Shown one piece after another: positions 27,195 through 36,009 of a stretch of 60,904 nucleotides of DNA (position 1 is the first letter of the stretch; each line of letters starts with the position of its first letter). This DNA comes from Eubacteriales bacterium (GTDB taxonomy: Bacteria > Bacillota > Clostridia > Oscillospirales > CAG-272). The stretch spans positions 1-60,904 of the forward strand of contig JAZSOD010000093.1 in the NCBI GenBank assembly GCA_045536775.1, given 5' to 3'. Made by a program: the position numbers and the translations under genes. The notes below the pieces were generated by a model that was not told the origin of the DNA, ran no database searches, and saw nothing but the letters and a program-made list of their open reading frames with translations.

Positions 27195-27640
27195 AAATTG
27201 CAGAAAATAGCCTTCTCCTGAGGGTAGCGAAGCGGCACCGAGGTAGTGAATGATATGCCGGCGGCATATCAGAGCCGAGGTGTGACCGAGTCGCAACGAG
27301 ACAAGGGGGACCGCGACAGCGGTGGATGAGGAGTTGCATTAAGTTTTATGACACCTCATCCGTCAAAGTTTTGCGAAGCAATACTTTTTGACACACTTCT
27401 CCCACTGGAGAAGGCTATTACACATTATTTTTTGTGTAAATGAAATTCTTTGTTTTTACGGGTCGCCGGTCCGTTACAATCGGTTTGAACAAATGTCCGT
27501 TCAAACCGTACGAAAACGGCGGCAGCAAGCCACCGCCCTACGATGGAATTTCGTTTTTTCTTGTAGGGGAGGATATCATCCTCCCGTTCAAATTTCCACC
27601 AATGTTGGCGGTATGAGTCGGGGCGTCCCGACGGGCATTA
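27195..27640. repeat. Intergenic repeat block: 13-bp TIR pair, R4, R2
   Basis: aatagccttctcc at 27206-27218 is the exact reverse complement of 27407-27419; R4 at 27223-27295 matches 39351-39423 inverted; R2 at 27413-27640 matches 34423-34650. Confidence 0.9.
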
Positions 27641-28279
27641 TTTATAGTCAAACCGCTTTCCCTGTGATACAGGGACGAGCTTGCCTCCCGAAATCTCGCC
27701 GATCCTTCGGCAGATAGCCTCCGAAGCCTCACTTTTTACGGCAAATCCGAGCTTGACGTTCTCGACAAAATCACATCTGTCGATTATCGCTCCCACACAC
27801 TCAAGCTCATAATTTATCTTGTTGTACTCACCGTAGTCACACTCGAGCGAAAACGCCTCATATTCCTCGTAAGTAACCACGCCCGCCGCCTCAATGGCAA
27901 GTCCTGCCGCCGTCGAGTAGGCACGGACAAGTCCGCCTGCACCAAGCAGAATTCCGCCAAAATAGCGAGTAACGGCGACCACGCAATCGTTGACCCCGCT
28001 TTTCTTGATGACCTCGAGTATGGGTATTCCCGCAGTTCCCTGCGGCTCGTTATCGTCGCTGTATCTTGCAAGCACACCCGAATTCAGATAGTAGGCGTAG
28101 CAGTTGTGGCGCGCGTCCTTGTACTTTTCCTTTATTTTTGCGACAAATTCCATAGCCTCAGCGTCACTTTTGACAGGCTTCGCGTGACCTATGAACACCG
28201 ATTTCTTCTCGGTGAACTCGGCGCTCGCCTCTTGTCTGACCGTGGTGTATAGTATCTTATTGTTTTCAGCGTTTGACAT
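27638..28279 (-). CDS. YigZ / IMPACT family protein
   Basis: UPF0029 N-terminal domain (KKSVFIGHAKPV ... ARHNCYAY ... DDNEPQGTAG) plus a C-terminal DUF1949-like domain. Confidence 0.8.
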   Translation of the reverse strand: MSNAENNKILYTTVRQEASAEFTEKKSVFIGHAKPVKSDAEAMEFVAKIKEKYKDARHNCYAYYLNSGVLARYSDDNEPQGTAGIPILEVIKKSGVNDCVVAVTRYFGGILLGAGGLVRAYSTAAGLAIEAAGVVTYEEYEAFSLECDYGEYNKINYELECVGAIIDRCDFVENVKLGFAVKSEASEAICRRIGEISGGKLVPVSQGKRFDYK

Positions 28280-28284
28280 AGCGC

Positions 28285-29571
28285 TTACTCCCAGTCCTCT
28301 TTCTTCTTATCAGGCTTGTTTTTTAGATATTCCGCAAACATTCCCCTCGCCTTACCGTCGGCAGTTGCCGTAACCGTCACGCTTTCGGGACCGTAATCGA
28401 CCGAATTTACCGTCATAAGTCCGTACATTTTTGACAAAATTCCCTGCTTTGCGTTGGGAATTATGAACACTTCCTCACTCTTGCCGTCAAGCACCAGCGC
28501 TTCAAGCTTGTTTACCAGCGCATCGAGTCCCGCGCCCGTTTTTGCCGACACGCAGACCGCATTGTCTCTTTCGTCGCGCGGATATGCCGCGCCCTCGGAG
28601 TCACACTTATTGTAAACGAAAAGCACGGGCTTTCCGTCAGCGCCGAGCTCGGTGAGAAGCTTTTCGCAAACGGCGGTCTTTTCGTCCTGCTCGGGATCGG
28701 AGGAGTCAATGAGAATTATGATAATATCTGCAAAAACCGCCTCGTCGAGAGTCGATTTGAATGCTTTTATAAGGTGGTGCGGGAGGCGTCTGATAAAGCC
28801 GACGGTATCGGTCAGAAGTATCTCCTCTCCGCACGGGAGAGTGAACTTGCGGGTGGTGGGATCGAGGGTCGCGAAAAGCTTGTTTTCAGCGAGTATTCCC
28901 GCGCCCGTCAGAGCGTTTAATAGCGTGGATTTTCCCGCGTTCGTATATCCGACTATTGCAATCTTCTTGATGCCCGAGCGCTCACGCGCCTTGCGCTGAG
29001 TGAGTCTGGTTTTGTCAAGCTCGCGTATCTCGTCCTCGAGCTGCTCCATTCTGCGCTTCAAGTGGCGGCGATCAACCTCAAGCTTTGATTCACCCGGTCC
29101 GCGAGTACCTATTCCGCCGCCGAGACGCGACATTTCCACACCGCGACCCGTGAGTCTCGGTGCGGTGTACTTGAGCTGAGCAAGCTCTACCTGAAGCTTA
29201 CCCTCTGCAGTCATAGCATGGAGGGCGAAAATGTCGAGAATGAGCATCGAACGGTCGATCACACGCGCACCGTCAAGCTCGTTTTCAATATTTTTTATCT
29301 GTGCGGGTGAAAGCTCATTGTCGAAAATCACCACGTCGACGTTATTGTTACGGCAAAGCTCTCCGAGCTCCTTCAGCTTTCCGCTTCCAAAGCAGGTGCG
29401 CGGATCGGGGTTCGATTTCGACTGGATCACGCGCGCAAAAACCTCACCGCCCGCCGTGTCAAGCAGACCCTCAAGCTCGTCGAGGGAGCGTTCGCACTCG
29501 CCCTCATCGTGCTCGGGAAGGTTGATGGCGGCGAGTATAGCTTTTTCAAATTTAAGTTCATTTTGTTCCAT
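28285..29571 (-). CDS. hflX: GTPase HflX
   Basis: HflX N-terminal domain and G1 motif GYTNAGKSTLLNALTG, G3 motif DTVGF. Confidence 0.9.
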   Translation of the reverse strand: MEQNELKFEKAILAAINLPEHDEGECERSLDELEGLLDTAGGEVFARVIQSKSNPDPRTCFGSGKLKELGELCRNNNVDVVIFDNELSPAQIKNIENELDGARVIDRSMLILDIFALHAMTAEGKLQVELAQLKYTAPRLTGRGVEMSRLGGGIGTRGPGESKLEVDRRHLKRRMEQLEDEIRELDKTRLTQRKARERSGIKKIAIVGYTNAGKSTLLNALTGAGILAENKLFATLDPTTRKFTLPCGEEILLTDTVGFIRRLPHHLIKAFKSTLDEAVFADIIIILIDSSDPEQDEKTAVCEKLLTELGADGKPVLFVYNKCDSEGAAYPRDERDNAVCVSAKTGAGLDALVNKLEALVLDGKSEEVFIIPNAKQGILSKMYGLMTVNSVDYGPESVTVTATADGKARGMFAEYLKNKPDKKKEDWE

Positions 29572-29584
29572 ATATTTTTACCTC

Positions 29585-30235
29585 TGGTATGGGAATAAAA
29601 GCAAATTTGCGCAGACAATGGGGCATGGGTGAAAATTTCACTTGCCGCAAAGTAAAATGCGCGTTTGAAAGTTTTTTGCGTCCTTTTTTACAAAAAAGGG
29701 CAAAGGTGCGAAGCACCGTAATAATAAAAGCAAATTTAATGAAACTCAAGTTAGAGAGGAGACTATAACCTGATTATGCTTTGTGATAAAATGGGGACGG
29801 GGTGTTCATTTCTGTATGCACAGAGAACGATAAAAGATTGCCTTCGGCAACTTTCCAAAGAATCACTTAAGGGCGAGACTCGAGGTCTCCCCTTAAGAAA
29901 CCCCTCTCGCAAAAGGGGATACCCCTTTTGAAACCCCGGCGAAGCGGTTATTTTTTCGCTATGTGGGGTCTGAGGACGCAAGGCTTCGTGTTTTTGCCAA
30001 ATTTCCACAGATTAGCCCTGCTTGGCGGTAGTGGGCCCCAAGCAGAAGGGCGCGGTCGGGGCGCCCCGACGGGCGATACGCGCGTGAAGTAGAGTGGAAA
30101 TTATAACCTCCACCCATACTCTTTAGTCTGATAAAATTCAGAGAGCGGGCGAGTGTAATTCCTTGCCCTATTGGAAGTTTTTGGGGCGACTTTTTTCAAA
30201 AAGGCGCAATCCAAAACCTACTTTAGCGTAAAGCC
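29585..30235. repeat. Intergenic repeat block: R5 + B hairpin + R3 + R1 + B hairpin
   Basis: 29598-30010 aligns colinearly with 47493-47900; 30017-30149 is an R1 copy of 11170-11302; AT-core hairpins at 29682-29699 and 30186-30207. Confidence 0.9.
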
Positions 30236-30237
30236 GC

Positions 30238-32268
30238 CTATATCCTCCTGAACGGCTTATCACACTTGTAACCGTTCTTGTACGCTTCTATTATCTTGTC
30301 CACCTCGGAGGCAGACTCGTCGGTGAAAATAAAGTGCCCGCCCGCGACATTCGCACGGTCAAGGTCGGCTCTCTTATCCGCCATATAGGTCACGCGACTG
30401 TTATATACGGTGTTTCTGTGTCCGTCGTGACGGTAGACGGGGAAACGCTCACCGCGACGGTCAACAAGCTCTGCCTCCCCTTTGGCGCAGGCGTCACAGC
30501 CAACCACCTGCTTGACGGCGCATTTCTCGAGCAGCATAAGTGGAAGCCTGCCGTAAATTATCGCATTCGACGAGGCGCAGAGTCCGAGGTCCGCGAGACG
30601 TGCGAGAGTCAGCTCGGGCGACGGAATAACGTCGCAAAGTCCCCACGACAAAGCCTCGCTCACGCTGTACTCGTTTGATACGTTGAGTCTGAAGTCACCG
30701 TGGCAGGCAAAGCCAAGCTTCTGCACCAGAGCAATATGCCCGACGTTTCCAACGAGCGCGTGGACCGCGCCGTTCTTTTTCGCGTTTTCAAGTGCTTTTC
30801 TCACTCCGTCAAGCTCGCGGTCAAGCACGACGGGCGGCAATATCACGCCGTTTGCCACGCTGCCGTCAAATTTTTCTGTCGGCAGGTAAATTATATCAAA
30901 ATATTCGCGCGCCGACTCGGTTATTGCCGCGGCGTTTTCAAACCGTGCGCTCGTATACGGCACAAAGTCCGCAGGGACTGCCGCCTTCGGCGGCTCGGCG
31001 TCAAGCACGCGGCGGACGGGCAAAAGCTTTGCTTCAAGCGCAGCTATCGCCTCACGTCTGAGAGTGTTTATTCTCGAAACGGGGAGCATAAGTCCCTCGT
31101 CCATTGTAATTTTCACTTTTTCGGGGTCACAGGTAAAGTCGGTCGAGCCGAGCTTTACGAGATTTTTGAGAACAGACTCTGCGCTCATCGGCGCAGTGCG
31201 CGCCCTCTCGGGCGGCTCACCCACGGCGCTCGCCGTTATTATTCCCTCTTTTGTGTCAAGCGAAACGTCGAGTCTTGTCGTCTCCCCTTCGCGTATTTCG
31301 GCAGAAAGAGTAACCTCGCGCCGACGCGGCCTTATATCATACTCCGCCTCGGTTACACTCTTCTGCTTATCCTCCTCGGTCCTGATGCCGTTCATCGACT
31401 TGTCAAGCCTTGACGTGTAATAACCGTCGGTAAAGCCACTTCTCGAAAACAGGTCGGCAAACTCGCGAAGCTCTGCGTCGGTCGCGTTACGGCCTTCGTC
31501 AATAAGCCGACGGTAGACCGAAACCGTACCGTAAACGTAAGCGGGGGACTTCATTCTTCCCTCTATCTTGAAGGACGCCGCGCCGAGCGATAAAACGTCG
31601 GCAAAATGAGACGCGAGGCAGTTGTCCTTCAGGCTCAGCGGATACGCGCCCGAGTACGGAAGTCTGCAGGGCTGAGCACATTCGCCGCGGTTACCGCTTC
31701 TGCCTCCAACGATCGAGCTAAAAAGGCATTGTCCCGAATGAGAAACACAGAGCGCGCCGTGAACGAACGCCTCGGTCTCAATAGGCGAATTTTTACAGAT
31801 GTACTCGATGGCGTCACGGTCGAGCTCACGCGCGACGACCACCCTGTCAAAGCCAAGCTTTGCAAGGTGTTTTGCGCCCTCGAGCGAGTGTACCGACATC
31901 TGCGTGCTTCCGTGAAGCTCGATGTCGGGAAATTTCTCCTTTACGAGCGACGCGAGTCCGAAATCCGCAAGAATGAGCGCGTCTGCACCGCATTTATATA
32001 AAAACTCCACCTCGTCGAGCGCGGCGGATATCTCACGCCCGTACACAAGGGTGTTGAAGGTGATATTTGACCGCACGCCGTAATTACGGCATTTGGCAAT
32101 AGCCCGTTCTATCTTCTCACGGTCAAAATTCTCTGCGTTTATTCTCGCGTTGAACCTTGACGCGCCGAAGTAGACCGCATCGGCACCTGCGGCTATTGCC
32201 GCGTCAAGCGCCTCGGGTGAGCCTGCGGGTGCGAGCAGCTCGCTTTCAATTCTTTCTCTCGTTCTCAT
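30238..32268 (-). CDS. U32 family peptidase
   Basis: U32 signature EAFVHGALCVSHSGQCLFSS; start at MRTRERIESELLAPAGS; the ORF-track N-terminal extension lacks support. Confidence 0.85.
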   Translation of the reverse strand: MRTRERIESELLAPAGSPEALDAAIAAGADAVYFGASRFNARINAENFDREKIERAIAKCRNYGVRSNITFNTLVYGREISAALDEVEFLYKCGADALILADFGLASLVKEKFPDIELHGSTQMSVHSLEGAKHLAKLGFDRVVVARELDRDAIEYICKNSPIETEAFVHGALCVSHSGQCLFSSIVGGRSGNRGECAQPCRLPYSGAYPLSLKDNCLASHFADVLSLGAASFKIEGRMKSPAYVYGTVSVYRRLIDEGRNATDAELREFADLFSRSGFTDGYYTSRLDKSMNGIRTEEDKQKSVTEAEYDIRPRRREVTLSAEIREGETTRLDVSLDTKEGIITASAVGEPPERARTAPMSAESVLKNLVKLGSTDFTCDPEKVKITMDEGLMLPVSRINTLRREAIAALEAKLLPVRRVLDAEPPKAAVPADFVPYTSARFENAAAITESAREYFDIIYLPTEKFDGSVANGVILPPVVLDRELDGVRKALENAKKNGAVHALVGNVGHIALVQKLGFACHGDFRLNVSNEYSVSEALSWGLCDVIPSPELTLARLADLGLCASSNAIIYGRLPLMLLEKCAVKQVVGCDACAKGEAELVDRRGERFPVYRHDGHRNTVYNSRVTYMADKRADLDRANVAGGHFIFTDESASEVDKIIEAYKNGYKCDKPFRRI

Positions 32269-32393
32269 TTTTTTACCGTTTACTCTTGAATTATTAATAT
32301 AATTTATGTATAATGTTAGTGTATGCTTGAAATTATTATAAACTATCACAAACTTAAAGTCAACACCGTTTTCACGGCGCAAGGGAGATAACT

Positions 32394-32840
32394 ATGAAAA
32401 TAGACGTAAAAATAAAGAAGGTGCGCGAGAGCGCGCAAATTCCCGAATACGCAACGGGCGGCTCGGCGGCACTCGACCTCCGTCACGCAGGCGATGCGCC
32501 GATCACCGTAAAGGCAGGTTCCCGCGCTGCAATTCCCACGGGCATTGCAGTCGCCCCCGCAGATTCGTCGGTCGTATCCATAGTATGTGCAAGAAGCGGT
32601 CTTGCTACCAAGCACGGCATCGCACTTGCCAACGGTATCGGCGTTATCGACAGCGATTACAGAGGCGAGCTCCTCGTTTCGCTTATAAACAATTCCGACG
32701 TTGACTACGAGGTAGCCGTCGGAGAGCGCGTGGCTCAGCTTATGTTTATGCCCGTGTATACGGCAAATCTCATTCTCTCAGACGAGCTTGATGAAACCGA
32801 GCGCGGAAGCGGCGGCTTCGGCTCAACGGGTAAAAACTGA
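32394..32840 (+). CDS. dut: dUTP diphosphatase
   Basis: Trimeric dUTPase motifs GVIDSDYRGE and C-terminal RGSGGFGSTG. Confidence 0.9.
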   Translation: MKIDVKIKKVRESAQIPEYATGGSAALDLRHAGDAPITVKAGSRAAIPTGIAVAPADSSVVSIVCARSGLATKHGIALANGIGVIDSDYRGELLVSLINNSDVDYEVAVGERVAQLMFMPVYTANLILSDELDETERGSGGFGSTGKN

Positions 32841-32841
32841 T

Positions 32842-33417
32842 ATGAAAAGGCTTGTGCTTGCCTCTGCTTCACCCCGCAGGCGCGAGATACTCTCGCACGT
32901 CGGTCTTGATTTTGACGTCGTTGTGACCGACGCGGATGAAAAAAACAATCTGCCCGAGGACGTGGGCGAGCTTGTGCGTGAGCTTGCAAAAAGAAAGGCC
33001 GCGGCGTGTACGGCTAATGGCATTATTATTGCCTGCGACACGGTGGTGTGTCTTGACGGCAAGGTGCTCACGAAGCCCGAGGACGCGGACGATGCCGCGA
33101 GAATGCTTCGCGCTCTGTCGGCAAACACGCATCAGGTTTATTCGGGACTTTGCGTGACCGACGGTGAGAAGGTTATTACCTCGCACACGGTCACGGAAGT
33201 GAAGATGCGAAAGCTCACGGAAGATGAGATCGCAGCGTATATCGCTACGGGCGAGCCTCTTGACAAAGCAGGCGCTTACGGAATACAGGATCTCGGCGGC
33301 ATTTTCGTCGAGAGGATAGACGGCGATTATTACAACGTCGTGGGTCTTCCGCTTGAGAGTCTGTGCAGGATTTTGAAGGATAGCTTTGATTATGACGTGT
33401 TGAAGGAAAGAGCCTGA
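32842..33417 (+). CDS. maf: Maf family nucleotide pyrophosphatase / septum formation protein
   Basis: Start at MKRLVLASASPRRREIL; KAGAYGIQ motif. Confidence 0.9.
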   Translation: MKRLVLASASPRRREILSHVGLDFDVVVTDADEKNNLPEDVGELVRELAKRKAAACTANGIIIACDTVVCLDGKVLTKPEDADDAARMLRALSANTHQVYSGLCVTDGEKVITSHTVTEVKMRKLTEDEIAAYIATGEPLDKAGAYGIQDLGGIFVERIDGDYYNVVGLPLESLCRILKDSFDYDVLKERA

Positions 33418-33420
33418 CAG

Positions 33421-33572
33421 CATAAATTCAAAATCTCTTGTAGGTGAGGCTATTAACCTCCCGCAAGAACGAATAATTTTATCTAAACAAAAAATAATGT
33501 TGAGATAAAAAACATCTCAACCCATCCTTAAAGGTTTTTGGGCGACTTTTTCTCAAAAAGTCGCAAAATTCC
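33421..33572. repeat. Intergenic repeat block (caaatctcttgtagg module + B hairpin)
   Basis: aattcaaaatctcttgtaggtgagg recurs at 39322-39340 and 46248-46268; perfect AT-core hairpin gcgacttttt-ctc-aaaaagtcgc at 33542-33564. Confidence 0.8.
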
Positions 33573-34232
33573 ATGAAAAAATTAACCAAACTTCAAAAGA
33601 AAGAGAATATAAACGCCGTAGCGGAAAGGCTAATTGAGGTCTACCCCGACGCGAAATGTGCGCTTGAGTGGGACGGCGAGCCGTGGAAGCTGCTCATTAT
33701 GGGCAGACTTTCGGCGCAATGCACCGACGCGCGAGTGAACGTCGTGTGCAGAGAGCTTTTTTCGCGCTTCCCGACTCTTGAGTCGATAGCAGAGGCAGAT
33801 GTCGGGGATATTGCCGACGTCATTCGTCCGTGCGGACTGTTCAACACCAAGGCGCAGAACATAAACGACGCGTGTCGGATGCTCGTGCGCGACTACGGCG
33901 GCGTTCTGCCCGACAGTATAGAAGAGCTTTTGAAATTTCCCGGTGTCGGCAGAAAGATCGCAAACCTTTTGCTCGGCGACGTCTACGGTGTGCCGTCTAT
34001 CGTCGCGGATACCCATCTTATGCGTATATGCGGCAGGCTCGGTATGTATAAAGAGGGTCAGAAGGACCCCGTGAAAACAGAAAAAATTATGTCGGAGCTG
34101 GTGCTCCCCGAGTACCAGACCGATTTTTGCCATAGAATAGTTATGTTCGGCAGAGATACCTGCTCTGCTCGCTCGCCGAGGTGCAGCGAGTGTCCTATAA
34201 GCGATTTGTGTTTGAAAAATAGTGCGAATTGA
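33573..34232 (+). CDS. nth: Endonuclease III
   Basis: HhH-GPD motif FPGVGRKIANLLL and 4Fe-4S cluster loop CSARSPRCSECPISDLC. Confidence 0.9.
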   Translation: MKKLTKLQKKENINAVAERLIEVYPDAKCALEWDGEPWKLLIMGRLSAQCTDARVNVVCRELFSRFPTLESIAEADVGDIADVIRPCGLFNTKAQNINDACRMLVRDYGGVLPDSIEELLKFPGVGRKIANLLLGDVYGVPSIVADTHLMRICGRLGMYKEGQKDPVKTEKIMSELVLPEYQTDFCHRIVMFGRDTCSARSPRCSECPISDLCLKNSAN

Positions 34233-34249
34233 TCTTTTGCAAAAACTTA

Positions 34250-34692
34250 AAGGAGTGCAAAGACACGTCTTTGCGCAATCTTAAGGCTCCCTCCCAGAGG
34301 GAGCTGTCGCCGAAAGGCGACTGAGGGAGAGAGCGATGCTTTGATTTTGTCTGACAAAATCTTTTGCTACGAAGGCTCCTTCCGTCTTTGCCTTTGGCAA
34401 ATCCACCTCCCTCTCGGAGGGAGGCTATCAAACATTATTTTCTGTGCAAATGAAATTGTTTGTTTTTACGGGATGCCGGTCCGTTACAATCGGTTTGAAC
34501 AAATGTCCGTTCAAACTGTACGAAAACGGCGGCAGCAAGCCACCGCCCTACGATGGAATTTCGTTTTTTCTTATAGGGGAGGATATCATCCTCCCGCCCA
34601 AATTTCTACCAATGTTGGCGATATGGGTCGAGGTCACATTTGTCGCAAACTTCACGCGCTTATCGCCCGCGGGGGCGTCCCCGCCGAAAGGA
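34250..34692. repeat. Intergenic repeat block: C palindrome, A(+)/A(-) modules, R2
   Basis: Palindrome at 34255-34276; A(+) at 34286-34335; central hairpin at 34343-34365; A(-) at 34374-34425; R2 at 34423-34650 matches 27413-27640. Confidence 0.9.
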
Positions 34693-35970
34693 GTGATATT
34701 TACGTTAATCAAAACTGCAGAAATACTGTGCGTCGGCACAGAGCTTCTCATCGGCGACATTGTCAACACCAACGCCGCGTACATCTCGAAGCGGCTCGCC
34801 GAAATGGGCATAAACCAATATTATCAAGGGGTGGTCGGCGACAACCCCGAGCGTCTGAAGGCGGCGCTTAACGAGGCGCTTGAGAGAAGCGACCTTGTTA
34901 TAACCAGCGGAGGTCTCGGCCCGACATACGATGACCTCACCAAAGAGACCGCCGCGGCGGCTCTCGGCAGAGCCATGCACGAGAACAAAGACGCGCTTGA
35001 GGCTATCCGCCTCTACTTCGAGAGAACGGGTCGCGTTATGACCGACAACAACAAAAAGCAAGCCCTAATTCCCGACGGCTCTACCGTTTTTATGAACAAA
35101 AACGGCACGGCGCCCGGCATCGCCATCGAGGACTTTGAACGCGGAAAGATAATTATAATGCTTCCCGGTCCGCCCCGTGAGCTTGAACCTATGTTTAAGG
35201 ATTCGGTAATGCCGTATCTTTCCCGCTTCACCGACACGGTCTTATATAGCCGTAATATCAACATTTTCGGGCTTGGAGAGTCGGCGGTTGAAAATGTTCT
35301 CGGCAGTCTTATGACCGACTCGACAAATCCCACCGTCGCGCCTTACGTAAACACGGGCGAGGTCAGGCTCAGAGTGACGGCTCGAGCAAAGACCCGCGAC
35401 GAATGTATCGCCCTCTGCGACGAAATGGTTGAAAAAATCAAAGCGACCGAGGTCGCGCCCTATATTTACGGCATTGATGCAGACTCTCTTGAAAACGCGC
35501 TTTTTGGAACGCTTAGCGAGAAAAAGCTCACGTTTGGCAGCGCAGAAAGCTGCACGGGCGGTCTTATCGGCAAGAGAATGACCGATCTTTCGGGCGTTTC
35601 AAGCGTATATTTCGGCACTATAGTTTCGTATGACAACAGCGTTAAGGAAAAGTTGCTCGGGGTACCCACCGAGGTGCTGAGAACTCACGGAGCGGTGTCG
35701 GAGGAAACGGCGGCGCTTATGGCGCGCGGGGCAAGACTCGCGCTCGGTGTTGATATTGCCGTCAGCACCACGGGAATCGCAGGTCCGGGCGGCGGCACGG
35801 ACGAAAAGCCCGTCGGTCTGGTTTACGTCGGCGTTTCGACGAAGGACGGCGAAAGGGTAATAAAGCTCAACATCGCGCCCGGCAGAAGCGCACGCGACTA
35901 CGTTCGCTATATGGCGGCAAGCCACGCGCTCTCACTTGCGCGTGAGACCGCGGAAAAATTAAGTAAATAA
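34693..35970 (+). CDS. cinA: Competence/damage-inducible protein CinA (start uncertain)
   Basis: MoCF-binding domain GGLGPTYDDLTKE and C-terminal deamidase domain AESCTGGL; conserved N-terminus begins near ILCVGTELLIGDIVNTN; no ATG nearby, so GTG at 34693 is tentative. Confidence 0.8.
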   Translation: MIFTLIKTAEILCVGTELLIGDIVNTNAAYISKRLAEMGINQYYQGVVGDNPERLKAALNEALERSDLVITSGGLGPTYDDLTKETAAAALGRAMHENKDALEAIRLYFERTGRVMTDNNKKQALIPDGSTVFMNKNGTAPGIAIEDFERGKIIIMLPGPPRELEPMFKDSVMPYLSRFTDTVLYSRNINIFGLGESAVENVLGSLMTDSTNPTVAPYVNTGEVRLRVTARAKTRDECIALCDEMVEKIKATEVAPYIYGIDADSLENALFGTLSEKKLTFGSAESCTGGLIGKRMTDLSGVSSVYFGTIVSYDNSVKEKLLGVPTEVLRTHGAVSEETAALMARGARLALGVDIAVSTTGIAGPGGGTDEKPVGLVYVGVSTKDGERVIKLNIAPGRSARDYVRYMAASHALSLARETAEKLSK

Positions 35971-36009
35971 CCGCAAACAGCGGAAAACAATATATTTTCG
36001 GAGGAACAA

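Noticed and set aside
27388-27717. ORFs of 60-176 aa lying in intergenic repeats. Examples: 27388-27717, 34341-34871, 39283-39561, 27127-27339, 29558-29749, 29763-30008, 47469-47885, 54878-55120, 55108-55311 and 55169-55477
   Set aside because: They lie entirely in repeat modules that occur in both orientations and with indels that break the frames between copies. Conservation follows hairpin pairing, not codons. None has an SD.
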